Below are positions 37,067 to 46,907 of a stretch of 64,000 nucleotides of DNA, one piece after another. The number at the start of each line of letters is the position of its first letter. Positions within the stretch are counted from its first letter, which is position 1. The DNA lies in NCBI GenBank assembly GCA_039794845.1, contig JAUQVK010000044.1, positions 10,458 through 74,457 of the forward strand, in the 5' to 3' direction. The stretch is from Thermostichus sp. DRC_bins_24 (lineage in GTDB: Bacteria > Cyanobacteriota > Cyanobacteriia > Thermostichales > Thermostichaceae). The position numbers were made by a program, and so were the translations under genes. The notes beneath the pieces were generated by a model. That model was given only the letters and a program-made list of their open reading frames with translations, had not been told where the DNA came from and did no database searches.

Positions 37067-37786
37067 TTGTCTTCTACCCCTTTTTTGCCGCCCCAGGGCC
37101 TGGGTGAGCTGGATTCTCGTCCCTTTACTTTTGCAAGACGCCTCAAGCCCACCCATACCATCGGGTTATCAGCCGCGGGGCTGGTGTGCCTGCCGGTTTT
37201 TTTGCAGGCGCCTCTTGTGCGCTATGCCCCTTGGGTGAGCTTGGTGATGTCTTTGGGCTGGCTGGGCCTCAGCTTGCACCTCTACTCGCAGTCGCGTACC
37301 CGCATCTGGGGGGATTTGCTTTACGGCTTTACCCTGACTTGGCTGGCGGGATCCCTGTACTGGGGCTGGCTGCGCCTTGAGCCCCTTTGGCACATGCCCG
37401 TAGAAGCCTTGGGGATCCCGATGGTGTGGTGGGGGGCACGGCAACGGTTTGCTCGCATCGGCACCTGGTTTTATCTGGGATCCCTGTGGGGCACAGCCAT
37501 TACGGATCTTTACATTCACTCGGTTGGGTTGCTGCCGGAGTGGCGACAGGCGATGCAGTTCGACCGGTTGGATCAGGCGGTTATCCCTTTCATGGCGGCG
37601 CTGGATAAAATGGCTACCCTCTGGGGACTGGCTTGGGGACTGGGCTTGGGTTGTTTGCTCCTGGGTGTGGGGCTGTGGATGATTCAAGGATCCCGTCGCT
37701 TGCACCACTGGGCGTTCGCGGGGGCGGTGCTGAATACTTTACTGGTGGATGGGCTATTCGTCTGGGGGGCCGCTTGGCTAAGGTGA
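37067..37786 (+). CDS. DUF3120-family membrane protein
   Basis: PVFLQAPLVR, WLAGSLYWGWLR, FYLGSLWGTAITD. Confidence 0.75.
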   Translation: MSSTPFLPPQGLGELDSRPFTFARRLKPTHTIGLSAAGLVCLPVFLQAPLVRYAPWVSLVMSLGWLGLSLHLYSQSRTRIWGDLLYGFTLTWLAGSLYWGWLRLEPLWHMPVEALGIPMVWWGARQRFARIGTWFYLGSLWGTAITDLYIHSVGLLPEWRQAMQFDRLDQAVIPFMAALDKMATLWGLAWGLGLGCLLLGVGLWMIQGSRRLHHWAFAGAVLNTLLVDGLFVWGAAWLR

Positions 37787-37918
37787 GCTTAACCATCGAT
37801 CCCTAGGCAAACTCCTCTTCAACTGAGACCTGTTCCCAATCTCCGGCTCTTTCGGAAAGGGGGTAGGGCAGGGGCCTTCCGCACTTTGAGATCCTTGCCC
37901 CTTCAGCCAGGGCAGCAG

Positions 37919-38423
37919 GAGCCTCGCACTCTATTACGTAGCAATGAGCGTCGGGAGAAATGCGCCGCCGGCAGCGGGATGAAATCACATAAACCAACTC
38001 CTGACCATCTCTTGCAAGCTCAAGGTGTCCGAATCACAGACCGCAAAACCAATCCGACTCCGGAGGCGTTTGGGCAGGCATTGAACTGGGTTAACCAGAA
38101 CACATCCGAGAAGATAGTCAATGCCCTCAAGCTGCAATCCCTTTGCTACCACGAGATTCGCGCTCACTTTGGCCTGTCGAGCAACTTGGCCCAACAGGTT
38201 TGCAGGCGAGTCGCCGGTCCTCCGAAGGTGGCCAAACAAAAGCATTGCCCGGTCAAAGCGGTCAAGGCGGGCTTTGTTACCTACATCGATTGGGCTGTCG
38301 GTAATACAGCCTGGAGGCTCCTGGTTATCTTGGGGGTTGAACGAGGTAGCCGGAGGGCTACTGAAGGGCTTTTGGAAAACCCGCGCCGTGCTGCGTAAGC
38401 CGTCAGCATCGGGAAGACGTTAC
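37919..38423 (+). mobile_element. Internally deleted IS200/IS605-family (tnpB) mini-element
   Basis: Frameshifted TnpB N-terminus (QLLTISCKLKV...YHEIRAHFGLSSNLAQQVCRRVA) joined to a TnpB-like C-tail (QPGGSWL...GLLK); related subterminal hairpins at 37921-37957 and 38379-38423. Confidence 0.7.
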
Positions 38424-38430
38424 GTTAAGG

Positions 38431-39309
38431 TTAAGCAGAATAGAAGGGTTTCCCCCGCAAAGCCTCTAGAAAGGCAAAGACGGCGGGGGGATGCAGGGCG
38501 GAGGCCAGAACCGCAGCGCCGATTACTCGCTCCAGGGGAATGGGCAATCGTCGGATCTGGATCCCTTCGGGAATGGGAATGGCCGCCAGTCGAGGTAGAA
38601 TGGCGGCCCCCAGACCCTGGGCGACCATATTTACAATCGTGGAGTCCTCCTTCACCAGGTAGGCCACCTTGAGGGTTTGCCGAGCGGCTTCCCAGTGGTT
38701 CCGCACCGCTGAGGTGCACTCGGCGTAGTTGTAGAGAATGTAGGAGAATTGGGAGAGATCGGCCCAACTGAGGGTTTCCGGCAGGGATCCAAAACTCAGC
38801 GGGAGCAGCAAGATGAACTCATCGCGGGCGATCTCCCAGGTCTCCAAATCCTCAGCGCTGCGGGGCAGCGGCAATAGGCCAATATCCACTTGGCCTGAGC
38901 GCAGCAACTGTTCTACGGTGGCCGGATCCTCTTCTGTAAGGGTGAGGGTAATTTGCGGGAATTGTTGCCGAAAACGGGCGATTGCCGGCGGCAGCAAATG
39001 GGTAGCAGCACTGCGAAAGGCAGCAATCCGCACACTTCCCCCCCGTAGGCCTTTTTCCAGGTTGGCCTCGTAATCCATTTGTTCACGCAGCTGCAACATT
39101 TTCCGCACATGGCGCAGCAGACGTTCTCCCACCGGAGTTGGGTGTGCCCCAAACCGCCCCCGCACCAGTAGCGTCACCCCCAGTTCTTCCTCAAGGTTGG
39201 CAATGGCTCGACTCACTGCCGATTGCGAGATGTGCAATTGCAGAGCGGCATCACTGAAGTTGCCCCGCTCCACGACTGCCACCAGGATTTGCAGTTGCGA
39301 GATGTTCAT
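38431..39309 (-). CDS. LysR family transcriptional regulator
   Basis: GNFSDAALQLHISQSAVSRAIANLEEELG. Confidence 0.95.
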   Translation of the reverse strand: MNISQLQILVAVVERGNFSDAALQLHISQSAVSRAIANLEEELGVTLLVRGRFGAHPTPVGERLLRHVRKMLQLREQMDYEANLEKGLRGGSVRIAAFRSAATHLLPPAIARFRQQFPQITLTLTEEDPATVEQLLRSGQVDIGLLPLPRSAEDLETWEIARDEFILLLPLSFGSLPETLSWADLSQFSYILYNYAECTSAVRNHWEAARQTLKVAYLVKEDSTIVNMVAQGLGAAILPRLAAIPIPEGIQIRRLPIPLERVIGAAVLASALHPPAVFAFLEALRGKPFYSA

Positions 39310-39315
39310 GGAGCT

Positions 39316-39340
39316 TATCTATTCGATCTGCGCATAGATA
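39316..39340. promoter_or_regulatory. LysR-type T-N11-A operator
   Basis: TATCTAT-N11-ATAGATA perfect 7-bp inverted repeat just upstream of the lysR start, in the divergent intergenic region. Confidence 0.6.
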
Positions 39341-39461
39341 TGATGCTATCTCAGGTTTGAACCCTTCACCGGAGCTGATTAAACTACGACTTAACCCTGC
39401 TTTGCAGTGGGAAAAAAGTTTCCTCATGATCATCAAATCAAACCTATTCAGGTAGAATCTC

Positions 39462-39926
39462 ATGTTTGCCTTGCTGCCTTTTCACAAATTCCGAGATACG
39501 CCTAACGTTCGCTTTTTTGATATCACGGTTCCTCGGTCAAATGCCCGTGATTTGGTTTACCATGAGGGACCGGCCATTAGTCCACCCAACAATCCTCAGG
39601 GTTATTGGCAATTTTATTTGCACCCCCATCAAGAAGATAATCTGCTGGCTTTGTCGGGGGGGCGGACGTTTTATTTGGTGAATTTTAGTTGGCGGGATCC
39701 CTTTCATATTGTACGCCTCGAAGCCAACCGGGCTATCTTGCGCATTCCCCCCGGCACCTTCCATCGTTCCGTCTCCGATCCTGAGGGATCCATTGTTTTG
39801 AACCAAGCGGTGCGTGCTGAAAAAGCCACCCTGGAAAACGAGTTTCGCATCTACGACAGCAGCCGTATTCCCCGATTGTTGCGGGCCACCTCTGCCCCGG
39901 CCCCGCTGCCCCGAATTTGTGCTTAA
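39462..39926 (+). CDS. Cupin-fold (RmlC-like) protein
   Basis: FYLHPHQEDNL and LRIPPGTFH cupin motifs. Confidence 0.75.
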   Translation: MFALLPFHKFRDTPNVRFFDITVPRSNARDLVYHEGPAISPPNNPQGYWQFYLHPHQEDNLLALSGGRTFYLVNFSWRDPFHIVRLEANRAILRIPPGTFHRSVSDPEGSIVLNQAVRAEKATLENEFRIYDSSRIPRLLRATSAPAPLPRICA

Positions 39927-40006
39927 GGGATCCGTTCGGCCGTTAAGAGTGGTGGGGAAGGTCATTTTTCTCTACCATGCGTGGAAGAATCGGGTTTGAG
40001 GTGGCT

Positions 40007-40954
40007 ATGCAGGCGGTGATCTTGGCGGGGGGGAAGGGCACTCGCTTACGGCCCTTTACCCTTTTGCAACCCAAGCCCTTGATGCCCCTCTTAGAGGTGC
40101 CCTTTTTGGAATGGATGATCGGGCGCTGTCGTCGGGTGGGCCTGACGGATATTGTGCTCAGCGTCGGCTATCTGGGCAGACAAATTGAGTCGGCTCTGGG
40201 AGATGGCAGTGCTCTTGGCGTGAAGATCCGCTATATCTCTGAAGAAACTCCTTTGGATACAGCGGGGGCCTTGGTACTGGCCCAGCCCTATTTCAGCGGG
40301 GATCCTCTGGTGGTGTTTAATGCCGACATCCTCACGGATCTGGATTTGCAGGCCTTGATGCAGTGCCACGTGCAGAGCAAGGCTGCTGCTACCCTTACCC
40401 TCACCCGTGTAGAAGACATCACTGCCTATGGTCTGGTGGAAGTTGGTGAGGGGGGGCAGATTCGGTCTTTCCGAGAAAAACCCACGGCTGCCGAAGCTCT
40501 TACCCTCACTACGAACACGATCAACGCCGGTACCTATGTCTTGGATCCCGCCATTTTTCGGAACTACCCAAGCGGGGATCCCCTCAGCTTTGAACGACGG
40601 GTTTTCCCGGATTTGCTTAACCAAGGGCAACGGATGCAAGCCTACCTACACGAGGGCTACTGGCGAGATTTGGGCAACCCAGCCAGCTATTACTACGGCC
40701 AGCTGGATATCCTCACAGGGCGAATGGCGGATTTCCCCCTGGAGCATGTGCAGGAACAGGCCCCTGGGGTTTGGATCCACAACACCGCCCACGTTGAACC
40801 GAGCGCTCAACTGGGATCCCCCTGCTATATCGGCGCCCATACCCAGCTGGGATCCCAAGCCCACCTTCCGGCGGGCACCATCCTCGGCAGCCACAGTTGG
40901 GTGAATGGATCCCTCAATCCAGGGGTTTATGGCCCGGGGGCTCTGGTGGTGTAG
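40007..40954 (+). CDS. NDP-sugar synthase (mannose-1-phosphate guanylyltransferase-like)
   Basis: AVILAGGKGTRLRPFT..PKPL, FREKP, YWRDLG, hexapeptide tail. Confidence 0.88.
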   Translation: MQAVILAGGKGTRLRPFTLLQPKPLMPLLEVPFLEWMIGRCRRVGLTDIVLSVGYLGRQIESALGDGSALGVKIRYISEETPLDTAGALVLAQPYFSGDPLVVFNADILTDLDLQALMQCHVQSKAAATLTLTRVEDITAYGLVEVGEGGQIRSFREKPTAAEALTLTTNTINAGTYVLDPAIFRNYPSGDPLSFERRVFPDLLNQGQRMQAYLHEGYWRDLGNPASYYYGQLDILTGRMADFPLEHVQEQAPGVWIHNTAHVEPSAQLGSPCYIGAHTQLGSQAHLPAGTILGSHSWVNGSLNPGVYGPGALVV

Positions 40955-40977
40955 ATTGAGTGGTGTAGATTGAAAAA

Positions 40978-41688
40978 ATGGAGCTACCACAAACTGGGGA
41001 ACGTTGGGATCCCTACCTCTCAGCCGTAGCCGCTCGCTATAACCGGGAGCTGGAGATTCAACTGGGCCAGCCGGGCTGGCAACTCCCCCCCGACTTGGAG
41101 CAGCTGCCCTTTTGGCAAGCTTGCCGGCGGGATCATCTGCAGGAGCGCCTTGGGATCCCCTATTTTCAGTTGCGCACGCCCCGAAGACGGGAAGCCTGTC
41201 TGGATTTGGGCTGTGGGGTGGGTTTCCTCACCTATCCTTGGAACGATTGGCAGGCTGCCTTCTATGGCCATGAGCTGAGCGGCTCGATTGTGCGCTTCAT
41301 TCGCTCGCGGGCACCTCAACTGAACTCGAAGCTGTTCAAATCCATGCAGCAGGGAGCCGCCCATCACCTGGAAAACTACGAGCCAGAGCAGTTTGATTTG
41401 GCCATTGCCACCGGTTTTTTGTACTACTACCCAATTGACTACTTCGAGCTGGTTTGGGCGGAGCTAATGCGGGTGCTGCGGCCGGCTGCGCCTATTCTGA
41501 TTGAAGTGATCAACCCAGAGTCGGCATGGGCAGAACAGTGGGGATTGATCGAGTTGTTCAAAGGCACAGAACCGATTTTTACCCCCCTATCTGAGTGGGA
41601 ACGACGCATTGCTGAGTTGGGGGGCAAAATTCAGAAACAAGCCAGTGGAGAACTGTTTACCACCTACTGGATCCAACGCAAGCGTTAG
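40978..41688 (+). CDS. Class I SAM-dependent methyltransferase
   Basis: LDLGCGVGFL; RAPQLNSKLF; FDLAIATGF. Confidence 0.82.
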   Translation: MELPQTGERWDPYLSAVAARYNRELEIQLGQPGWQLPPDLEQLPFWQACRRDHLQERLGIPYFQLRTPRRREACLDLGCGVGFLTYPWNDWQAAFYGHELSGSIVRFIRSRAPQLNSKLFKSMQQGAAHHLENYEPEQFDLAIATGFLYYYPIDYFELVWAELMRVLRPAAPILIEVINPESAWAEQWGLIELFKGTEPIFTPLSEWERRIAELGGKIQKQASGELFTTYWIQRKR

Positions 41689-41833
41689 AAGTCTGAAAAC
41701 CCATTTTGAGAAAGCCATCGGGAAGAAAAGCCCAAAGGAAGGGTTCATCCCCAAAACTGGCCAATACGCCGACGATTCGGGATAATGAATTTATTAAGAA
41801 GTGTAATCCTTGGCAGGGGATCCACGGCCACCC

Positions 41834-42376
41834 ATGCACGCTTCCTCCTCCACCCTTCTTCTGGTTGATGGCTACAACATCATTGGAGCCTGGCCCACCC
41901 TGAACAAGTTGGCGCGGCGTTCCCTGATGGAGTTGGCTCGTTTGCGGCTGGTGGAGTCTTTGGCCAGCTATGTGGCCTTTCGGGGCTACCGAGCGACCGT
42001 GGTGTACGACTCTTACGCTCAGCCCACCCCAGTCCAGCAGGAGCGCTCCCCTTCTGGTATTGAGATCCTGTACACCCCCTATGGCGAAACCGCCGATACC
42101 TGCATCGAACGGCTGTGTGCTCAGCTGCAGTGGGATGAGTGTCGGGTGCGGGTAGCCACTTCAGACCGGCTACAGCAGTTGGTGATCGGCGGCTATGATG
42201 CCGAGTACATCTCGGCGGAGCAACTTTGGGAAGAAGTGCAACAGGCTCAGCAGCAGATCCGGCGCATTAAACCCAAGCAGCTGCCGGGCAGGCGGGGCAT
42301 CGATTCTTACTTGGATGCGGAAACCCTCTCTCGTCTGAACCGCTGGCGACTGCTGGGGCGGGACCCCGTGGATTGA
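41834..42376 (+). CDS. NYN-domain (YacP/Rae1-like) ribonuclease
   Basis: LLVDGYNIIG, VVYD, ETADTCIE, VATSD. Confidence 0.88.
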   Translation: MHASSSTLLLVDGYNIIGAWPTLNKLARRSLMELARLRLVESLASYVAFRGYRATVVYDSYAQPTPVQQERSPSGIEILYTPYGETADTCIERLCAQLQWDECRVRVATSDRLQQLVIGGYDAEYISAEQLWEEVQQAQQQIRRIKPKQLPGRRGIDSYLDAETLSRLNRWRLLGRDPVD

Positions 42377-42460
42377 TCGGGCAACCCTGAATGGTGCTGC
42401 CCTTCCAGCGGTCAGGCCCGACAACCCCAGTCGGCCAAAATAGGGGATGAACCTGACTCT

Positions 42461-42587
42461 GTGGTCATTGTCATTAAGGCTGAAACAGCCTCCCTCACCC
42501 CCTGCGCACAGCGTGGCACTAGCCGTAACCCCTCTTCTGGAGCGGGAGAAGGGCTTAAACGTCTCTTTCTGATCTGGAATAGCTATA
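42461..42587. repeat. REP/MITE-like dispersed repeat, copy B
   Basis: GTCATTGTCATTAAGGCTGAAACAGCCTCCCTCACCCCCTGCGCACAGCGTGGCAC...GGGAGAAGGG...GCTATA. Confidence 0.65.
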
Positions 42588-42589
42588 TG

Positions 42590-43065
42590 CCTTTTTCGTC
42601 ACTCTAGGTAGAGGAGAACAGAATTGAGGTAGACATCCAAAACCATCGGGATGAATTTAACTTCTCTTAACTTCTCGATGAGTCGGGATAGACCTATCGA
42701 TAGTTCAAAAATAATATAAACTCTCAACCAACTCGCAAGATTGCTCAAATGGTTCCAAGGCTCAAAACGATGTTCTTGCAAATCAGAAACCAACCAGGGA
42801 TTGATGGCTTTCTACCCCAACATGGCGAGCAATGGCAGGCAAGCTCTTCCGCTTCATCGGGGAAAGTAAACCCAAAAGGATAAGCTTAAAAAACTCGAAG
42901 CTTCGTACTTCAGGAAAGTGGGGGCGGTAGGCTTCACAGTAGTCATCAATGACTTGAGTCATCAATGACTTGAAGGGTGGGTGGTGCCTGACGAGCTAAA
43001 GTCGTGGCCAGGTAAGGAGTTCAGCTTTTCCCTCAAGCCTAGCCTGCCCATACTGACAAAAGAGG
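42590..43065 (-). mobile_element. Internally deleted IS701-family element
   Basis: N-terminal fragment VIDDYCEAYRPHFPEVRSFEFFK...RKSLPAIAR joined to a C-terminal-like fragment; imperfect TIRs CCTTTTTCGTCACT and ACTGACAAAAGAGG (11/14). Confidence 0.72.
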
Positions 43066-43067
43066 TC

Positions 43068-43210
43068 TATAGTCACTCTAAACAAGAACAATACACTTTC
43101 TGACCCCCGTCTCCCACTCTGGGAGAGCTGCTACGGCCGGTGCCACGCTGCGCGAAGGGGTGAGGGCAGGTGTTGCAAACTCCATTCACAAACTCAATTC
43201 AAAGGACTAC
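43068..43210. repeat. REP/MITE-like dispersed repeat, copy C (inverted)
   Basis: TATAGTCACTC...TCTCCC-GGGAGA...GTGCCACGCTGCGCGAAGGGGTGAGGG...GACTAC. Confidence 0.6.
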
Positions 43211-43305
43211 GGGTCTACTCCAGGTCACTTCAGGAGGATCCTCCCCCCTCTTTCCAAGCAGAGAGCAAGCGCTGTGGCCCCTCTGGTGACTCGACTTGGC
43301 CCTAA

Positions 43306-43379
43306 TCGGGATGACAGGATTTGAACCTGCGGCCCTCTGCTCCCAAAGCAGATGCGCTACCAAGCTGCGCTACATCCCG
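43306..43379 (-). tRNA. trnP: tRNA-Pro(TGG)
   Basis: CGGGATGTAGCGCAGCTTGGTAGCGCATCTGCTTTGGGAGCAGAGGGCCGCAGGTTCAAATCCTGTCATCCCGA. Confidence 0.97.
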
Positions 43380-43436
43380 GTTTGACTTTTGCGATTATGA
43401 CAGATTCTACGCCTGGGTGCACAGGTTAGGAATTGA

Positions 43437-43868
43437 TTAGGAATTGAGCATCTTTGCCGGCATCACAATCAGCGTGTTGCCCTGTCGCTCCACCACGTAA
43501 CGCCCTTGACCGGCTTGAATTTCTAAAGTGGGGATGCTGCACTTGGCGTTCCAGGTCGATCCAAGATAAGAAACCCGACCCCGTTCCCCGGCAGGAATGG
43601 CTGTGACCGCCCGCGCCTCCCGAGATTCCTCAAGCTGGGCCGACCCATGGGGCACCAAGCGGCGACTAAGAATGACAAACACAATCGACGTGCCAATCCA
43701 GGCGGAAAACTGCACCCAAATGGGCAACCCCAAGTAGGCCAATAGCCCCGCTAAGAGCGCCGCCAAACCTACTGAGCCGGCAACCAACTCCGGCAAAAAC
43801 AGCTCAGCTGCAATTAAGACCAACCCGACGATGATCCAAGGCAGAACCATAACATCCAGGGATCCCAC
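43437..43868 (-). CDS. NfeD family protein
   Basis: TMs with AELFLP; C-terminal OB fold GRVSYLGSTWNA...GNTLIV. Confidence 0.85.
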   Translation of the reverse strand: MGSLDVMVLPWIIVGLVLIAAELFLPELVAGSVGLAALLAGLLAYLGLPIWVQFSAWIGTSIVFVILSRRLVPHGSAQLEESREARAVTAIPAGERGRVSYLGSTWNAKCSIPTLEIQAGQGRYVVERQGNTLIVMPAKMLNS

Positions 43869-43945
43869 TGCATTCAGTATGGCCCAAAACTTCCCTATGC
43901 TTGGCAGGGATCCCCGATGTCAGTCACGGATGTCCGGGATCCTAT

Positions 43946-44200
43946 TCAGGGTTGAGATCCGGGGAAATAACTATCCAAAACCTGGAGGGGATCCGATTTT
44001 TGCGGGGGTAAGTTCTTGGATTCGGCGATATTCATCAACGTATCCCAGTCGGTGCTCATGACAAAGGCAACCGCCTGGCGAGCCGCTTCCCGGTGTGGAC
44101 AAGCCTCACCCAGAACGCACCCATCTCTGCAAAGAGTGGCGCAGTCGTGCTCCACGCGACCTAGAGGGTTACCAGTGCTACTGGGATCCGGGCCAGCCAT
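43946..44200 (-). CDS. Small Cys-rich hypothetical protein
   Basis: CATLCRDGCVLGEACPH motif; GAGG RBS. Confidence 0.6.
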   Translation of the reverse strand: MAGPDPSSTGNPLGRVEHDCATLCRDGCVLGEACPHREAARQAVAFVMSTDWDTLMNIAESKNLPPQKSDPLQVLDSYFPGSQP

Positions 44201-44318
44201 AACGTCCTCTCTCTTTTCTCGGCTCTCTCTTTAGAATACCTGAAGAGAATCTTGCGCTTGAGCCGGATCCTTGTCAGAGCGTTTAGCTTGGGGAGAGCTA
44301 CAGAGGAGCAGCCGCAAG

Positions 44319-44513
44319 ATGGAGTTTCCACAACTGCAGGAGCTGGTGGATCGGGCTTTGGAAGACAAGAAGCTCACCCGTATGGAAATGGATCAGATTG
44401 TGACGGCCATCCGAGCCGATGGCAAAGTTTCTCCCGAAGAGGCGCAGTTACTTGATTCTATTCGCCAGATGGTGCTCCGCCGCGAGATTCAGGTGGTGGA
44501 AACCGCCGATTGA
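44319..44513 (+). CDS. Small acidic hypothetical protein
   Basis: GAGGAG RBS; repeated ALEDKKLT/IRADGKVS helix-loop motif. Confidence 0.55.
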   Translation: MEFPQLQELVDRALEDKKLTRMEMDQIVTAIRADGKVSPEEAQLLDSIRQMVLRREIQVVETAD

Positions 44514-45565
44514 TAGACAGGAGTCTCTTTTTGGAGGTAGAGGGTCACTTCGCTGCGGTTGTGAAACAGTTGGCGGGCCTTCACCACCGGGAAGGCGCTC
44601 CGCAAGATGTCCAGGGTTTGCTGCAGCACCTGTAGGCGACGGTGACCGGGCAACTTCAGAGTCATCACTGCTGCCCCGGTCGGTTCCAGATGGGGGGCAA
44701 AGGCCACCATCAACCGGGCGGAATCGCGGCCATCCATGCGCATGTCGTTGAGAATGAGGTGAAACTGGCCGGGGCGGCTGGCCAAATAAGCTTGAGCGCT
44801 GAGACGACGATGGTGAATACCGGGATCCTGAGCCAATCGCCCATCCAACTCCGCCGGATCCACTGCCGTCACCTCTTGTCCCCGGAGCCGCAAAACCCGC
44901 GACCATCCCCCTGGAGCGGCCCCCAAGTCCAGGGCTCGTCCCCCCGGTTGCAAGGGTACCTGAAACACCTGAATCGCCTCCAGTAGCTTAAATTCTGCCC
45001 GGCTGATCTGCCCCGGATCCCGCCGAAAACGATGGATCCCACCGGCCCAGTTGGAGAGGTTTTGCGTCGCCTCTGATAAGCCCAGCCACACTTGGATCCC
45101 CTCCGCTTGAGCCAGGATCACCACCGAGAGAATCTGCCGGGGATCCTTCACCTCCAGGGGAGCACCTGTAGCCGAGATCACATGTTCTGCCAGGGCTTGG
45201 TTCACCTGAAAGGGCTTGAGACGGAGTTCGCCAAACAGGCGAGTTTGTACGGAAAAGCTCAGGGCTGGGTCGATGCCCTCGACCATTTCCGGGCTGAGGC
45301 TCAATTCTGCCAGGGATCCCTCTGGTAGCAGCCATTCTCGGTGAATGGGGCAAATGTGGCGCAAAAAAATCGGCGGGGAGAGTTGCCAAGCGCGAGCGAG
45401 GGCAGCAAAAGAGCGCTGACTGCACACCCACAGTAGCCCCGGTGCCGTCGCAAGTCTACGAACGGTGGCCTCTGGATCGGCGGCCTCCACCTCGGCTATG
45501 GCCAGCTCCAGAAACTCGGGATTGGCGGTGCCCAGCCAAGTATGGGTATCGGGTAGGGGTCTCAA
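44489..45565 (-). CDS. RlmM/FtsJ-like RNA 2'-O-methyltransferase with THUMP-like region
   Basis: [41 protein letters not shown]; probable TTG start overlapping the leuD stop. Confidence 0.8.
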   Translation of the reverse strand: MRPLPDTHTWLGTANPEFLELAIAEVEAADPEATVRRLATAPGLLWVCSQRSFAALARAWQLSPPIFLRHICPIHREWLLPEGSLAELSLSPEMVEGIDPALSFSVQTRLFGELRLKPFQVNQALAEHVISATGAPLEVKDPRQILSVVILAQAEGIQVWLGLSEATQNLSNWAGGIHRFRRDPGQISRAEFKLLEAIQVFQVPLQPGGRALDLGAAPGGWSRVLRLRGQEVTAVDPAELDGRLAQDPGIHHRRLSAQAYLASRPGQFHLILNDMRMDGRDSARLMVAFAPHLEPTGAAVMTLKLPGHRRLQVLQQTLDILRSAFPVVKARQLFHNRSEVTLYLQKETPVYQSAVSTT

Positions 45566-46176
45566 CTGGCTATGGATCCCGGGGCAGACCAACGCACATA
45601 GGGCAAAGAGGCCGCCACCTGCCGGATTTGCGCTTGGGCCGCCAGCAACTGCCCTGTGGCATCCCAAGTGCCTTGCACCAGCATTTGCCAAGCCCCCTGC
45701 GGAATTTCCACGGCAGCCCTGTTGCCATCCCAGTACACCTGTTTGTTGGGCAGATCCAGGCTCAGTTGCAGCTGCGGGTTTTCGGCGATCGCCCTTTGCA
45801 GGGTTTGGGCCACCGCAGCAGGCACGGTTACACAGGGGATCCCGATGGCCAGACAGTTGCCAAAGAAAATCTCGGCAAAACTTTCCCCGATGAGGGCGCG
45901 GATCCCCCACTTCACGATCGCTTGCGGCGCATGTTCCCGGCTGGAACCGCAGCCAAAGTTGGCATTCACCACCAAAATCTCGGCCCCTTGATACTGGGGT
46001 TGGTCAAAGGGGTGCTGCCCTCGCTCTTGAGCGCGGTCGTCCTCAAACACATGCTGGCCTAAGCCCTCAAAGGTGACGCACTTCAAAAAGCGGGCCGGAA
46101 TGATTCGATCCGTATCGATGTCGTTGCCCAGCAGCGGGATCCCCCGACCCGTGATGGTTAAAACTTCGCTCGGCAT
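45562..46176 (-). CDS. leuD: 3-isopropylmalate dehydratase small subunit
   Basis: [35 protein letters not shown]. Confidence 0.95.
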   Translation of the reverse strand: MPSEVLTITGRGIPLLGNDIDTDRIIPARFLKCVTFEGLGQHVFEDDRAQERGQHPFDQPQYQGAEILVVNANFGCGSSREHAPQAIVKWGIRALIGESFAEIFFGNCLAIGIPCVTVPAAVAQTLQRAIAENPQLQLSLDLPNKQVYWDGNRAAVEIPQGAWQMLVQGTWDATGQLLAAQAQIRQVAASLPYVRWSAPGSIAS

Positions 46177-46208
46177 ATTGTTTAGTCCCACCCTTGAACC
46201 CAGGAGAC

Positions 46209-46535
46209 TTACTTGCGGTAAACCTGATTCTCCAAATTGCGCACCTGCCGCTCCAGCCGATCCAACCGCCCCCGCAGTTCGTCCATTTCCGATTGGCGGG
46301 GCACTCCCAAATCCTGCAGGACGTTGCGCACCTGCCGCTGAACGTAGGATTCTACGTTGCTCTGCTCCGACTTGACTTGGTTGAGCAGGCTGTTGATCAC
46401 ATTGGATGCCTCTTCCGGGTTGAGCTGCCCCTTCTGCACCAAATCGTCGGCGGCCTTCTTCAGCTGCTCCGCCAATAGGGTGGTTGTGCCCACACCCATC
46501 AGCAAGAGCTGACGTAAGATACTGTTGTTATCCAA
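46209..46535 (-). CDS. Phasin-like (PhaI/PhaF-type) coiled-coil protein
   Basis: LLLMGVG...DLVQKGQL...[24 protein letters not shown] 46535 with GGAGG. Confidence 0.7.
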   Translation of the reverse strand: MDNNSILRQLLLMGVGTTTLLAEQLKKAADDLVQKGQLNPEEASNVINSLLNQVKSEQSNVESYVQRQVRNVLQDLGVPRQSEMDELRGRLDRLERQVRNLENQVYRK

Positions 46536-46562
46536 TGCTGCCCTCCATCGGTACGGGCCTTC

Positions 46563-46907
46563 ATGACTACCCATTCTCCCCAGTTTGTCCTTAACTTTGC
46601 AACCGGGTCAGCGAGTTTCTCTCTTTCTGCTGAGGCGGCATTGGAATTGCAAGAAGCCCTACAAACCCTTTTAGAACGGCTCAAGGTTAGTTCAAGGGGC
46701 CCTCAACGGCAGCCTCAGGCTCCAGTCGAGTTTCATCACCGTGCCGAAAACTTGAACTTGGAAGTGTTCTGCAATCCGAATATCTGGCCTAGCCCCCATG
46801 CCGCCAAAGTGTTGGTGACCTTGAAAACCCAAGTGTTGCGCCTTTCGACTGAAGTGGAGTTGTCTCGCCTGCAGGAAGACCTCAGCCAATATCTGGAGGT
46901 CCTTTGA
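46563..46907 (+). CDS. Conserved cyanobacterial hypothetical protein
   Basis: LEVFCNPNIWPSPHAAKVLVTL motif. Confidence 0.7.
   Translation: MTTHSPQFVLNFATGSASFSLSAEAALELQEALQTLLERLKVSSRGPQRQPQAPVEFHHRAENLNLEVFCNPNIWPSPHAAKVLVTLKTQVLRLSTEVELSRLQEDLSQYLEVL

Noticed and set aside
41779..41800. Fur-box-like GATAATGAATTTATTAAG upstream of the NYN gene
   Set aside because: The second half-site matches poorly and could simply be an AT-rich promoter
43210..43379. Integrative element or prophage at tRNA-Pro or tRNA-Phe
   Set aside because: No integrase and no duplicated tRNA 3' end (att site) found in the window
45566..45910. Long N-terminal extension of the RlmM-like ORF
   Set aside because: It is an alternate-frame read-through of leuD with no protein-like features
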